From Thermoplasmatota archaeon (GTDB lineage Archaea; Thermoplasmatota; Thermoplasmata; RBG-16-68-12; JAGMCJ01), in contig JAJISE010000004.1 in NCBI GenBank assembly GCA_022848865.1, forward strand, positions 1,887 to 65,886: a stretch of 64,000 bases of DNA. Reading direction: 5' to 3'. The translations under genes and the position numbers were made by a program. The notes under the pieces were generated by a model. It ran no database searches, was not told where the DNA came from, and worked only from the letters and a program-made list of their open reading frames with translations. Below are positions 36,297 through 49,200 of the stretch, piece after piece. Each line of letters starts with the position of its first letter. Position 1 is the first letter of the stretch.

Positions 36297-39200
36297 CGGT
36301 CCAAGACGTCGTGTCTGGGACATATATCCAGTACGCCTCTCCTGCTGCCATGAACTGGTTTGGCAGAAGCACCTGCATATAGTACGGTGGCGCGGCCTGG
36401 TCGAAACCCTCCACTCTCGTCGCTCCCGTCTCGGCCATCAGGTCCGCGATCTGATAATCGTCTTGGAAGGAGGGGAACCCTATCAGGTTCCAGCCCTTCG
36501 CGAGCTGTATTATCGTCTCGTCTGGAACAACGCCCGCCACGAGGAAGTTGCCGTTGATGGTGCTGTTCACCCAGACTCCCATGGTCAGGTCCACGTCGGA
36601 GAAGGCTGCGTAGTTCTTGAGCGGTGTGTGTTGCCGCCACTGCCGCCCGCCCCAGACGTCGTAGATTCTGGAGTCGGAGTAGTTGACGCTGCCGAGGACC
36701 TGCGAGACGGAGGGGTCCCTCAGCAGGAACGGAACGGAGACGAGGTTGCTTCCGAGCACGACGTGCTTGACGAGAAGACCGACCTGGTCCGTCGTCGACG
36801 CGGTGTTATTGGCACCATCCCTGGACTCCACGTAGCAGAACATGTTGCTCGGGACGGGGGGCAGGTCGTAGAGGAAGTGGTCCGTGCCCGCCGATACGGA
36901 CGCGAGGAAGAAGTATCCCTGCCTGTCCCGGTCGTAGTTGACGCCGCAGTGAATGTCGTACGCCACCACGTCGTCCTCTCCCATCCCGTCGTCCTTCGAG
37001 AGGTCCCAGCTGATGTTCATCTGGGAATGGCCGGACACCATCTCGGCCATGATGTTGTACGGACGACCGACCTCTCTGTCCGGCCAGACGAGGACGTCCG
37101 GGAGGGTCTTCACGTAGATGTCCTTGTTGCCATGCCGATCCGTCTCCCATGCGACCCAGATGGAGTCCGTGTGGTCACTGGCGGCGAGGAAGGGCTCCTC
37201 GTCCGAGAATGCGCTCGTCGTCACCTGTATCGGCGGGGACCAGGAGCCGTTGTACCGCTTCAGGTAGACGTCCTTGTTGCCGTGTCTGTCCGTCTCCCAC
37301 GCTATCCACACGTTGTCGTGAATGTCCAACACGACGGAGGCCTTTATGTCGTGCCCTGGGTCATCCGAGACCTGGAACTCAGGGGACCACGAGCCGTCGT
37401 AGTACCGCATGAAGATCTCCTTGTCCCCGGTCCGATCGGACTCCCACGTAACGTAGATGCCCCCCGTGCTGTCGGAGGCCATGGACGGTCTCATGTCGTT
37501 CAGAGGACTCAGGCTCACCCCCATCTTGGGTGCCCAGCCCGAGCCTGTCCAATATGTCGCGAAGACGTCCCATTGCGTGTTGGAGATCTCGGCCCCCCAG
37601 GCCGTCCAGACGGTTCCTGAAGCGTCGGTCGTAGCGGTCGGCCCTCCCCAGAAACCCTGCGACCCAGCGTCGTTGTTCACGACCATGTCCGTCGTCCATG
37701 TAACGCCGTCGAAGCTGGCGGCTGTTATGTTCATGTCGTTGTACGGGAGATTGTTCAGCTGCTCGCCACCCTCATAGAGGTCGTAGTGGGTGCTTCGCAT
37801 CAGGACCCACAGGTCCCCAGCACCATCGATCGTCGCCACCGGGACCTGGTCCGAGTTGTCGATCTTCTCAGATGCTGTCACCTGGACCGTGGGCTCCCAC
37901 GCAGCTCCGTTGTACTTCTTCGAGTACAGGTCGAACTTCTGGCTCCAGTAGTAGATGCCGCTCTTCAGGCTGATGAAGTCCTGCCACTCCACGATGTTGC
38001 TCGAGTATATCGTATATACGTTGCCGCTGTCATCCGCCACGAGATACGGTTGGCTCGTCCTCTTCGCATCGGTCACTATGGCGTCCTCGGGAGTGCACAC
38101 CAGGTTCTTGCAGCTCCTCACGGCGATGTCCCAGTCGTCGTGCTTCGTGTACGTGTGATACGCGATCCACATGTTCCCGTTGCTGTCCTCCACCATGGTC
38201 GGCTCCAGGCTGTTGTTCATGTCGAACGTCATGCGGACGGGCGGGCTCCACATCCTCGTCCAGGAGGTTATGTTGAACCCTCTGAAAGCCAGGTTGTTCC
38301 CTTCGTCCAGTTCCGTGATAGTGTCACTGGAATCGATATGGACGTAGACATCGTGCAGGCCAGAGACCCCGCTGAGGTTCCACATCACGGAGGCAGTCGC
38401 GTTGTCACGGGCGGGGACGGTCAGTATGACCTGGGTCGTCCCGATCCGCTTGTTCAGCGTGGGTGAGCCGTCAAAGAACTCCACCTCTACGTCGCTCGCG
38501 TCGCCGCCACCCATGTTCCTGACGTTGGCGGTCAGCGTGATCATGTCCCCCTCTCCCGGGTCTGGTGGATCGGACGTTATGTCCACGGTGTCGAGGGCGA
38601 GGTCAGGCGGGCACGTGACGACGAGAGGAGTCCCAAGGATCTGGGCCATCGTGTCGTAGGTCGAATAGTTGGTAGTGTGCGCGATCTGAGGCAACAGCAC
38701 TTCCCTGCTGGCATGGCTTTTGGCCGTGAGCGGGACGAGTATGAACCCGCCCGCGGTCCCTGTCTGGGTCAGGAAGGAGGCTCCCATTCCCAGTCCGGCC
38801 TGAGCTCGAGAGATGACTATGCCCCGCCCGACGTATCCATCCTCCTCTGGGATGAAGGGGTAGTAGCTGACATTCCCTCCCGCCCAGGGAAACTGGTCAC
38901 CCGAATACTTGTCTCGATATGCAAGTCTCGCAAAGTCGGGTATGAATCGCATGGTCGCCCTGCCCGTGTTCGGGTTGGCCATGACGTAGTAGTCGAAGAA
39001 GTCGTCCGAGGTCCCTCTTATGACGAACTGACCATCATTGCCATCCTGATCGTAGTAGAACCTGTAGGTGCCGTCCGTCTGCGGTTCCATGTAGTTGACC
39101 GACCTCTGCGCGGAGCTGTTCCCCGCGTTCCGGTAGAAGGTCAGCCAGCCGTCGTTCGTTCCCACGGCGATGTCCTCGCGACCGTCGCCATCCAGGTCCA

Positions 39201-41751
39201 CGAACTCTGGTGCGCTGTAGTCCCGCGTCCCGTCCGTCGCACCGCCGCGAACGTTGTTGAACATGCCCGGATAGAGCTGATCGTAGATAGGACCGAATCT
39301 CGTGCCCGTGTTGAAGTAGAGGACGAGGCTGCCGTAAGGAGCATTGTCCTGTCCCGATATGAAGTCCAGATCTCCGTCGCCATCGACGTCAGAGAAGGCG
39401 GGTGTCGCGTACTTCCCGGGCTTCTTGGACAACCCCGTGTTGATGAAGTCGAAAACCGACGGGTCGGGTGCCCAGGATGGTTGCGAAACAGTCCCTGTGT
39501 TCCTGTAGAGGTGCACGCAACCGGTGGCATTCCCCACGACAAGATCGAGGTCCCCATCAGTGTCTACGTCAACGAGTTCAGGGGCGCTGTTGTCCCCCGC
39601 ATCTATTCCAGGGAACATCGACGCGTTGAGCGTCCATGAGGCCGAGACGTTAGTGCCAGTGTTCTCGTAGTACACCAGCGAACCATCGTCCCTTCCGAGG
39701 GCGAGGTCGAAGTCGTTGTCGCCGTCGAGGTCGCCGAGCGCCGGGACGCTGAGATTGCCGACATCTATGCCAGAGTAGAAGCTCGGATCCTCCCGCCACG
39801 ATGCCAGGTTCGGAAGGCCTGCGTTCTCGAGATACCTCAGTGTTCCGTCATCCAAGCCGATTGTGAGGTCTTGGTCACCGTCCGAGTCCAGGTCGGAGAA
39901 CTCCGGGACGACACGCGTGCCGAGGGAAGAGAACCTGTGAATGTAACTGTCCTGGATCCACAGGGGAGAGACGAGCGAACCCACGTTCTGGTAGTAGTAA
40001 AGCGAGCCGTTGTACTCTCCCGAGATGAAATCGAGGTCCCCATCCAAGTTGAGATCCGCCAGGGCGGGAGCCGCGTAGCCCCCTACGTCAATCCCCTGGA
40101 AGAGGGTCTGTTGTAGGGTCCAGTTGGCCACTGACGAGTTCCCTGTGTTGATGATGTTGATGATAGTCCCATCCCGGAGCCCAGCCACGAGGTCGAGATC
40201 TCCGTCACCATCCAGGTCGTCCAGTCCGGGGATGACGTTGGCACCTAGGCTTCCGAGAGCCTGGAACTCTAGCGGGTCAAGTGTCCAGCTCGGTGAGGTC
40301 GAGTTCCCATCATTCCTGTAGTAGACTAGGAAACCGCCTTCCTCGCCCACGACGAGGTCGAGATCGATGTCGTTGTCCAGGTCCCCCAGAGTAGGTGCGG
40401 AGAAGTTGCCCACATCGATTCCGGCGAAGGCGGTCATGTTCTGGCTCCATTGCGGTATCTGCGCCGTGCCAACGTTCTCGATCTCCACGAGGGTGCCGTT
40501 GTCCTTTCCGAGTACGAGATCGAAATCACCATCCCCATCGACATCCGCCAGCCAGGGGACGGAGTAGTTGGCCACGCCACTGAACGGAGCGAACATGTCC
40601 GTATCCCTGCTCCAGGCGGGCGCGTTCACGCTCCCTGTGTTTCTGAAGTACCATATCTCTCCTCCCGCCGAACCTACCACCATGTCATAGATCGTATCGT
40701 TGTCAAGGTCGGCGAATGCGGGAGCGCTTCGGTTCCCGATGTCGTGCGCCCTGAACACCGGATTAACCCGTGACCACGTCGGCTCTCTTGTCCTTGCGGT
40801 CATGATCTGATGTTGACTGTTCCCGAATATCTGCTGGTACTCAGCGTCCCCTCCATAGAGGACAGTGAACTCCATCACGAATCCATTGTGATTGTGGAAC
40901 TTCTCGTTGACCTTCTTGTCGGTTATCGTCTCATACATCTCCCTGTCGTTGTAGAAGTTGATGTAGACATCTCCGGAGATGATATCCATGTCCTTGGCCA
41001 TCGACCCGACGCCCCAGTTCCACATTTTTGGGTTCCCGTACTGAAGGTGAACGGAGACCATCACGTTGTTGATGTCGATCTCCTCCAGTGTCGGTCGGCC
41101 CCACCACATCTCCACGCTTGCCTGGTCTATCGTGAGCTGGTTCCCGCCAATCCTGACGAAGATGTAGCCGCGAACGGTTGGCGCGGAGCCGTTCTGATAT
41201 GTGACGTAGACCCCGTTCCTGTTCTCCTCCGTCTTGGAGATAGTATATCTCCTGCTCCCGTCTCTGACCTCTACCGTTGACGGAGTGGAGTTCACGGTCA
41301 TGTCGCCGGTCAGCGCCGTTGTGTTTCCAGTATCGATTTCGTACACCCTGGTCTCCAGCGGTCCGAAATCATCCTGGAACACGATATCCACCTTGTGCAC
41401 GAAGCTTGACGGATACCTCTCCACCGTGGACTCAAGATGCCCGGAAAGGACCTCCTGGCCCGTTGAGGTGGCCCTTACTAGGAACTGAGACGGATCAAGA
41501 AGATGGAAGTTGTCCAGAGTGAGCGAATAGCGCACGACCTCGTTGGCCCTAGGAACATCAAGCGTGTTGGTCACCTGCAGCAGGAACATCTCCTGATCGG
41601 GCTCTGGATCCTCAGGCATCGCGTGCCTGTCAGGCTCCTCGGATGGAAGAACCGCGAAGGCCACAGGCAACACCATTGCCACCGCCACAGCGAGGCATAA
41701 CAGACGAGCAAAGATTCTATCGGCACGAGCTTCCTCAGATTTCATACGCAT
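36286..41751 (-). CDS. giant secreted surface protein (about 1821 aa) with FG-GAP/integrin-alpha-like repeats (DxDxDG Ca-binding loops) and BNR/Asp-box-like repeats
   Basis: Signal peptide MRMKSEEARADRIFARLLCLAVAVAMVLPVAFA; more than 10 repeats of ..F(S/A)xPxLxDLDGDGDLDLVxG..; later ..DGVTWTTD.., ..GSGWAP.., ..DGSWSPEFQVS.., ..NGSWSPPIQVT... SD GGGAGGAGG before ATG. Confidence 0.75.
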   Translation of the reverse strand: MRMKSEEARADRIFARLLCLAVAVAMVLPVAFAVLPSEEPDRHAMPEDPEPDQEMFLLQVTNTLDVPRANEVVRYSLTLDNFHLLDPSQFLVRATSTGQEVLSGHLESTVERYPSSFVHKVDIVFQDDFGPLETRVYEIDTGNTTALTGDMTVNSTPSTVEVRDGSRRYTISKTEENRNGVYVTYQNGSAPTVRGYIFVRIGGNQLTIDQASVEMWWGRPTLEEIDINNVMVSVHLQYGNPKMWNWGVGSMAKDMDIISGDVYINFYNDREMYETITDKKVNEKFHNHNGFVMEFTVLYGGDAEYQQIFGNSQHQIMTARTREPTWSRVNPVFRAHDIGNRSAPAFADLDNDTIYDMVVGSAGGEIWYFRNTGSVNAPAWSRDTDMFAPFSGVANYSVPWLADVDGDGDFDLVLGKDNGTLVEIENVGTAQIPQWSQNMTAFAGIDVGNFSAPTLGDLDNDIDLDLVVGEEGGFLVYYRNDGNSTSPSWTLDPLEFQALGSLGANVIPGLDDLDGDGDLDLVAGLRDGTIINIINTGNSSVANWTLQQTLFQGIDVGGYAAPALADLNLDGDLDFISGEYNGSLYYYQNVGSLVSPLWIQDSYIHRFSSLGTRVVPEFSDLDSDGDQDLTIGLDDGTLRYLENAGLPNLASWREDPSFYSGIDVGNLSVPALGDLDGDNDFDLALGRDDGSLVYYENTGTNVSASWTLNASMFPGIDAGDNSAPELVDVDTDGDLDLVVGNATGCVHLYRNTGTVSQPSWAPDPSVFDFINTGLSKKPGKYATPAFSDVDGDGDLDFISGQDNAPYGSLVLYFNTGTRFGPIYDQLYPGMFNNVRGGATDGTRDYSAPEFVDLDGDGREDIAVGTNDGWLTFYRNAGNSSAQRSVNYMEPQTDGTYRFYYDQDGNDGQFVIRGTSDDFFDYYVMANPNTGRATMRFIPDFARLAYRDKYSGDQFPWAGGNVSYYPFIPEEDGYVGRGIVISRAQAGLGMGASFLTQTGTAGGFILVPLTAKSHASREVLLPQIAHTTNYSTYDTMAQILGTPLVVTCPPDLALDTVDITSDPPDPGEGDMITLTANVRNMGGGDASDVEVEFFDGSPTLNKRIGTTQVILTVPARDNATASVMWNLSGVSGLHDVYVHIDSSDTITELDEGNNLAFRGFNITSWTRMWSPPVRMTFDMNNSLEPTMVEDSNGNMWIAYHTYTKHDDWDIAVRSCKNLVCTPEDAIVTDAKRTSQPYLVADDSGNVYTIYSSNIVEWQDFISLKSGIYYWSQKFDLYSKKYNGAAWEPTVQVTASEKIDNSDQVPVATIDGAGDLWVLMRSTHYDLYEGGEQLNNLPYNDMNITAASFDGVTWTTDMVVNNDAGSQGFWGGPTATTDASGTVWTAWGAEISNTQWDVFATYWTGSGWAPKMGVSLSPLNDMRPSMASDSTGGIYVTWESDRTGDKEIFMRYYDGSWSPEFQVSDDPGHDIKASVVLDIHDNVWIAWETDRHGNKDVYLKRYNGSWSPPIQVTTSAFSDEEPFLAASDHTDSIWVAWETDRHGNKDIYVKTLPDVLVWPDREVGRPYNIMAEMVSGHSQMNISWDLSKDDGMGEDDVVAYDIHCGVNYDRDRQGYFFLASVSAGTDHFLYDLPPVPSNMFCYVESRDGANNTASTTDQVGLLVKHVVLGSNLVSVPFLLRDPSVSQVLGSVNYSDSRIYDVWGGRQWRQHTPLKNYAAFSDVDLTMGVWVNSTINGNFLVAGVVPDETIIQLAKGWNLIGFPSFQDDYQIADLMAETGATRVEGFDQAAPPYYMQVLLPNQFMAAGEAYWIYVPDTTSWTVRN

Positions 41752-41856
41752 AACCTCCTCCCGCTTAAGAAGCAAGCCAGCTAATGAGATACCCCTAAAT
41801 CAAAATATCGTTCGGTTCCCGAAAGACAAAAAGACTTATGCCCGTGAGCGATTGCC

Positions 41857-42480
41857 ATGAGCATGGAGAACCTCGAGGGGATCATTGAGGGGATGGAGGC
41901 CAGACTGGACGAGAAGGACGCCGTGCGGGAACTCGCCCTGAAATCATCCAGGACGATTGCGAGACTGGCTGGCGAGGCGGTCAGGCGGATCCATCGCGGC
42001 GAGGACATGATAGACCTCCTGCGGGAGGTGCGTGACCGGAACGGAGAGCTCTCGTCTGCTCTTCGGGACCATCTTGACATCTATTATGCCGGGTACATAG
42101 AGAACGCTCATCAGGAGCTCGCGGAGGTGAGCATCCTGCATTCGATAGTCGAGAACAAGCCCCTGCCCACACCGAGCGACCTCGAGGTGACGGACAAGGC
42201 CTATCTGATGGGCTTCGGGGACGTCGTCGGTGAGCTCAGACGGATCACGCTGGATGCCTTGAAGAGGGGAGACGCCGACGCCGCCAACAAGCACCTCCAG
42301 CAGATGGAGGAGATATTCACGGTGCTCATGAGGTTCGACTTCCCATCTGGGCTTCTCGCCATAAAGAGGAAGCAGGACATCGCCCGGAGGCTGCTTGAGA
42401 AGACGAGGGGAGAGGTGGCCGTGGCCACCTACGGGAAGTCGCTAGAAGAAAAGATGGACGACCTCTTGGACAAGCTCTAG
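41857..42480 (+). CDS. translin-family-like protein (207 aa); assignment tentative
   Basis: All-helical composition, conserved ..IYYAGYIENAHQEL.. and C-terminal ..LAIKRKQDIARRLLEKTRGEV.. resembling the translin C-terminal consensus. Confidence 0.35.
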   Translation: MSMENLEGIIEGMEARLDEKDAVRELALKSSRTIARLAGEAVRRIHRGEDMIDLLREVRDRNGELSSALRDHLDIYYAGYIENAHQELAEVSILHSIVENKPLPTPSDLEVTDKAYLMGFGDVVGELRRITLDALKRGDADAANKHLQQMEEIFTVLMRFDFPSGLLAIKRKQDIARRLLEKTRGEVAVATYGKSLEEKMDDLLDKL

Positions 42481-43256
42481 GGCCTTCTCTTGGGCTTCGA
42501 AATCAGCCACATCGCGGCCAGCAAGGCCAGTGCGACGATGAGAGCCACGAGTATCCAAGTGATGTAGTTCACTCCGCCCCCAACGTAGAAGTATGAGATG
42601 GCGACCGAATCCCCTGCGTTCTCATCGATCGTACCGTCCCTGTCCAAGTCGACGACGACGGTGAGCGTGTACTGCCCTTCTTCAGGGTCTGCGATTATCC
42701 AGTCGAACGAGGCGTATTCGCTCTTTCCGGGAGCAATGGATTCTATCGTGGAACTTCCCACGAGCCGGTCCTCTGTCTCGCTCGGCTTTCTCACATAGAA
42801 GTCCACGGGAACTCCTTTCAGCTCGTATTCCAGCGGGTTGAAGATCTCCGCGCTGAGGACGATGGGGCCAACGACCCTTATCTTGGTCTTCACGAGTTTG
42901 AAGTCGGTCTCGTTCTCAAGGCTCGACGTGACGTTGATAACGAAGGTCACGGTCTGCGCCGCATAGGGCACGGTGATATTTATCTCCCAATGTGGCTCAG
43001 TCGTGAGATTTCTGAAAACCTTCCCCGGTGAAGGGTCTGCGCCTGTCAAGTTGTCCGCGAGGAGGAAGGCCGTGATATTGTAGTTCCCGCCTTGTTCCCC
43101 GGGGCCGCCTGCAGCGGTGATGTTGAACTGCGCCTTGCCGCCGATGGGCATGATCCTGGGGCCTTCAACATCGACGATGACGTCCTGCGAGGCAGCGCTC
43201 GGCACCAGCACAAGGAGCGAGGACATAATCAGGAAAGCAAGAACAACCCGCTTCAC
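42477..43256 (-). CDS. secreted, C-terminally membrane-anchored surface protein (CARDB/Ig-like beta-sandwich domains)
   Basis: Signal peptide MKRVVLAFLIMSSLLVLVPSAASQ; C-terminal TM WILVALIVALALLAAMWLI plus basic tail KPKRRP. Confidence 0.5.
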   Translation of the reverse strand: MKRVVLAFLIMSSLLVLVPSAASQDVIVDVEGPRIMPIGGKAQFNITAAGGPGEQGGNYNITAFLLADNLTGADPSPGKVFRNLTTEPHWEINITVPYAAQTVTFVINVTSSLENETDFKLVKTKIRVVGPIVLSAEIFNPLEYELKGVPVDFYVRKPSETEDRLVGSSTIESIAPGKSEYASFDWIIADPEEGQYTLTVVVDLDRDGTIDENAGDSVAISYFYVGGGVNYITWILVALIVALALLAAMWLISKPKRRP

Positions 43257-46200
43257 TTCCTTCTCCTCCTTCTCACAAAAGCGAGTGCGACGACAAGGGC
43301 AGCGACGATTACGCCCACGAGGAGGTAGCTCACATAGTCTTCCAGAGGTTCGGTGTGAGCGTTTGGGCCTTCGGCGAACATGTTCTCGCCAACGACCTGG
43401 GCGGTCGGTGATGCCACTTCGATGTCGATGGACTCATCATTGCCCCAGTTATCATGGGAGTGAGCGGTTATGCTCACGGTCTGGTTCAGCAGTTTTCTCG
43501 CCGGTATGAGCCTGAGACCGAACGTGGAAGTCGAATTGGCGGGAACCTCGAAACCAACCAATGACGCGGCCGTGTGCTGCGATGTCTGGTTTCTCAGTCC
43601 GACCTCCCACCCCTCGTTCTCAATCGGCTGGACGTTCGTTATCTCTATGAAGTACGAGTCGGGACCGTTGCCGGAGTTGGTGAGGTTCACGAGGATGTCC
43701 AGGTACGTGCCGTCGTAGACTGGTACATCGGAGGAGATCTCCAGGGCTATCCCCCAGAACTGCTTGATCTCTATCTCGACCGTGACCTCGTCCGTCTTGT
43801 CAGCGTCGTTGGCCGATGTCGCCAGGATCTTCACTGGGCCGTGCTCGATAAGAGCGTCCGCAGGAGCGGTGACCGTGACCTCAAATGAGCCATGGGCTTG
43901 CTCTCCCGTCCCGAGTGAGATCTTCGATGGGTTGAACTTGAATGTCCATCCGTCGCGGGGCGGGACACCCGTCATCTCGAATTCGTCGGGAACGTTGCCA
44001 GTGTTCTCGATTGTGATTGTGTATGTTACGCTTTCTCCTCCGCCGATCTTCCTCTTCTGGCCCGAGTCCCACGCGATATCGACGCCCCTGACGATTTCCT
44101 TTTCGAGCTTGAGGGAAACGACCTCGTTTCCGAAGACATCCAGGTTTTGCATCGCGCTGTACGTTATCAGCTTCTCTCCCTCGTAGTCCTCCGTGTACGC
44201 GTTGATCTCGTAGGGGCTCGGAGGCAGGTAGACCTCGAAGTAGCCATTGTCGTCCGACTCGAGGTTGTAGCTCCCCTCTCCTAGGACGTAGACGTACGTC
44301 TTCTGACGGAGCCCGTCCCGATAGCTTGCCGTGCCCGAGACCCTGTACGATTCCGTCAGCTCGAACTCGAACTCCCTGTCCTCTCCATGCACTATCTCGA
44401 AGCGACCGAGGAAGACGAGATGGCCCTCCTTCTTGTGGATGTATATGCTGTACTGTCCGGGAGCCAGCGTCAGGCTGAACGTGCCATCGGATTGTGACTG
44501 GACGGTTGTGTCCATGGCAGTCTGCGAATCAGCTGATATCGTCGCCTCAGCGTCGACACCCTGGCCCTGATGAAGAATGGTTCCTGAGACCGTCACGTTG
44601 TCGAACACCCTGACCAGGTTGATATTGTACGTCCTCTCGGGAAGTCCCTCGGTGATAAGAAGAGTCTCCGAGAACTGGTATCGCACGAACTTGAACAGCC
44701 CGTCGATAGTGGCGTTTTCGGGGTGATCAATCTCTACGACGAACCTCCCAGGTGGGAGATCTACAAAATACATTGCGGCGGTCGTGCCCACTCTATCTAT
44801 CATATCACCGCTCTCAGACAAGAAGCTTATGTTCAATCTTGTCAAGTGTTCACTGCCGTTGTAGAACACCCTTCCAGTCACGTTAGTCTTAGGATGAAGC
44901 TCCATGTCCAGCGTCAACGGATCGGAGATGACAATCGATTTGACGCTCATGAACTCGGTCCCGTTGATGTCCTTCTGGGCGACGATGGTGTATTCGCCTT
45001 CCGGTAAGTAGAGTGAGAACTCTCCGCTCGGGAGCTCCGCGAAATCGCTCTGCGTGCCCGATATCGTGATGCTCGAGGAGACCTGAATCCCTTCAAGCGT
45101 GACGTTCCCCGAGACAAGGAACTTGTTCGTGATCGAGAGCTCTATTTGGACCGGGCGGTCGGTGGGCTCCAGCTTGAGCTCCATCGGGAGGACCAGCTGA
45201 TATCTCTCCACCTCTGACCCGCCAACGGGCTCGTCTATGACTACATCGTATTCCCCAGGCCTAAGGGACAGTTGGAGCTCTCCCTGGGATGTGAGGATCT
45301 CATCAGAAACGGCACCATCGCCAGTGGATTCGAATCTCACTTCGAGCGTCTGGTCGGTGAAGATCTCCCCGTTCATCAAGACGGATCCCTGAACGCCAAC
45401 GAACAGCGAGATGAGCTGTATTGCCCCGTATTGGTTGATGTCCGCAACGCTCGCAGGTCCGATCTGTTTGCTCGAGTAGCCCCTCTTCGAGAAAACGACG
45501 ATGTATTGGCCAGCTTCGGGAAGCGGGCCCGTGAACTTCCCCGCGCCGTCGGTGAGGAACTTGACCGTCGCTCCCATCGAGTCGGTTATGGCGACCTCGA
45601 CGTCCTCTATCCCCTCGCCGATGTCGTACACGTCGTTGGCGTTCTTGTCCTCATAGAGCGTGTTCGTCACAGAAACGCTCGTCTGGAGGCGAATGTCTAT
45701 CGTTGTGTCCGAGGTGAGCTGCCTCTTCTCCAGATGAACGAAGTTCTGCTGGCTGACCCAGATGCTGTACTCTCCCTTTGGAATATAGAGGGAGTAGTCC
45801 CCCTTGGCGTCCGTGATCACCACAATTCTAGCGTCGCCTGTGCCGAAGTAGATCCTAATCTGGTTCTGCGGGACGTCGTTCGCGCCGTCGATGACGTTCC
45901 CCGAGACCTCGATCGCGTTCTCCAAGTTGACGTCGTAGAGAGTGGTCTCCCCCCTGCGAACGGTCAGCCCCCTCATGTGGACGAGCTTCTGCCCTTCTAT
46001 GTCGTGAAGAGAGTATACCAGGTAGTCACCCTCAGGTAGATCGACCTCGTAGAACCCGCCCTCGTCCGTCCTCACGAAGACGTCGAACGTCTGATGTCTG
46101 AGACTCCTGAATACGATGGCAACATTGGATATCGCGTTCCCGAACTCTCGACTCCTGCCCTTCACATCTCCGCTGGGTAGGAGCGTCACATTCCTGATTC

Positions 46201-49200
46201 TACTGTCGCCCTCGTCCAATATCCTGAGTCTAAGCGGCAGGCTCCTGTATTCTCCTCTCTCTGCAAGTATGGTGAAGTTGCCAGGAAGGAGGGAGGTGAA
46301 CTCGAAAACGCCATTCAATCCGGACATCTGCCCTATCTCCGTCCCATTGTGCTCGTCCAAGAGGACGACCGTTGTGTCCTCTGCGGGGGTGCCGTCCTCG
46401 AATCTCACCAGCCCGCCGATGCTCGAGGGTTGCACTGGGACGTTTGTAAGCTTCGTCTCCCCTGCCGTCACGTTCATATAGTACGGACCAAGGGTCCTGT
46501 CCGGAGTCACGACGATGAGCCCGTATTCTCCAGGGAAGGCTCCCGTCATCTTGTAGAAGCCATTCTCATTCGTCGTGGCCCTGACCTCCTTACCCGTGTT
46601 CACGTGAATGAATACGAGCTCCGCATTTGCTATCCTCGGCTCGTACGACTCTGAGAATGTGTTCTCGTTCTCGTCGATGAAGACCGATCCCGTGAGGCCG
46701 CCGCCATCGACGACGATGTTCTCCGTGATGTAGAAGTCCAGTTCTCCGTCTCCGTCCATGTCGTTGGGCATCCTCATCGCCTGCGCGTCCGTGACGGAGA
46801 TCGTCGTCGTATTCAGGACGGTCTCTCCGATCATCGTCATGTTGTTCGATGTTCCGGTGGATGCGACCAAGTCGATATCCCCGAACGGTACGAGGACCTG
46901 ATAGTTGCCGTTCGAGTCCGTATGCGACACGTAGTGGGGAACGCTGTATTCATCCCTGACAGTGACCCGGATGCCGCTGAGCGGCGTTTCTCCGTCCACG
47001 GTCACGGTGCCGCTCACAATGGCTCCGTGGTAGTACTTCAGGAACACAACACCGCTTGTCAGTCCTGACCTGGAACTGAGATCCACAACGCCCTGCCTAA
47101 GACCCACCTGGATCTCCTCCTGGTATCTCAGAGCATCATCGAAGTTCACCGCGGTCCAAGCGTCCGTGTGGTTCTGATACTGATCTGGGGGATACGGATT
47201 GTAGTAGGCGGTTCGGTATACCATCTTGAAGTGCTTCAGTCCCCAGCCGTGCAGTGGCATGGAGTTCATGTACTCGCCCGAGAGCCCTGGAATGCCCTCC
47301 CTGTCCTCGCCGAGGTCCTTCGCGCTGTACCCTATGTATGCCCGGTAGAACATGCTGTCCCAGAACATGTCCTTGTAGACGATCTCGAAGCTGGAAACGC
47401 CCTGGGCCGCGGTCACCTCGTCGCAGTTGTGCCCCATTCCTCTGGAATCCACGCAGATGAGATCGAAGAAGTCAATGGGAACATCAGGTCGCACCTCGTA
47501 ATCCTTGATCCTGTGGTCCGAGAGCTTGATCGGCGCGTAGAAGATGCCCGGATTGCCCCCGCTGAAGGGGAACATCCTCGAGTCGACGGAGAAGTACCTA
47601 ATGGACTTCCCAGTGGCGTCGATGATGTCCAAGTACAAGTCCGCCTGCTCATCCGTGTCGAGCTGCTCTATGAGAAGCTGCTTCATGTAGATGAGCAGCG
47701 CGTTCTGTGCCTGGATGACGTCGTCCCTGGGTCCGAAGCGGTCCGGGTCCCTGACGATCTCGTCTATGTAGATCGTCGGATAGCGCAGCACCATCTCCAC
47801 CTCGTCCGGGTTGAGGCCGTGCGTCTCGAGTATCGCCCTGATCTCGGGACCGAGCTGTCTGCCATGCTCCGCGTAGTCGCCCTGAATAAGCTGTGTGGAA
47901 AGGTACGCGATCGCTGTGTTCTCATCTTGGGCCGCTATGAAATTGCCCGCCGTGGGGTACCCGTGGAGGAAGTTGTCCGCAACCGTCGGGTGTTTGCCCT
48001 CCTGGACGGCCTCGAAACCGTAGTCCCACCAGCTCAGGAACGCCGGTCTGTCCTCGTACGGGAGTATGTCCTCATCCTGCTTCTCGAGCCAGTCCCAAGC
48101 AGCGGGCCAGTATCTGTTGCTGAGCGGCAAGGAGTATCCGAACGCACCCAAGAACCACGGTGCACTGTAGTGCTCGGGTTGCATGAAGTACGGCGTGGAA
48201 TCGTAGATCTCTTCATCAAGCCTCCTCTTGTCTTCGAAAGGTATGGACGCATCCACACCGTACCAGACGTTCGGCAGGACCACGAGGAAGGCTATGAAGA
48301 GCACTCCCACCACGTGTCGGACCTTGACGCCCCTTCTCAGGGCGTGAAGCTTGTTACCGCTCAGGCTGTCGTACACCTTTTTGGCGGACTTGAAGTCCAG
48401 TTTATCGATGACCAACATGACGATCCAGGCGGATGCGGCCGCGAAGGCGGGCCCGGCGTTGAATATGAACCTAGCCGCTGACAATGCCATGAAAATGGCG
48501 GCACCTGTCCACACGATTATGAAGAGGTAGTCCGGTTTCATCCTCTTCGGGAGCTGCACGGCAGCGTAGGCGAGTCCAAACAGTCCGAGGAAATAAGTGA
48601 TCGCCCCGAACGACATCGCTTGCTGGCTGAACGTGGGTGGCTGGGCTTCAGCAATGGTCTCGTATGCTTTCGTCCTGATGAAGTAACCAGCGCCCGCGAG
48701 GAAAGTGGAGACGGTTGTCGGAACGAATATGAACATGAGGAACAGCGCAATACCTGAAGCGGCGAAAAAAGTAGGCATCACGAGAGACCAGGGATAGTCC
48801 CTGGTGACCACGAATATCACGCCGAAGACGAGACCGGCAATGAACATGTACGCCGGCGTGGAGAAATCCCCCATCTTCAGGAACTGGACATACCAGGGCA
48901 TGGACAGAATGAGGGCTACGCCCACTGTGACGGCGAAGCAGACGAGGATGCCAGTGGAATCGACACCTCTGAACTTGTTCAGCAGGATCTGGAAGAAGAA
49001 GTACAGGAGCAGAATGACAACGACGTAACCGAACCCCTTCCACGCAAGTGCAATCGCGGTGAGGGATATGGCAGCCATGAAGGAGTAAAGGACAGGTTCG
49101 CGGTTCAACCTGAAGAACTCCGAGAGCCCCTTCGTGATGTCCTTTGGCTTGAACCAGTTGCGGACCCATTTTCTCTCTTGAAGTGTGCCCAAGGCCCTCA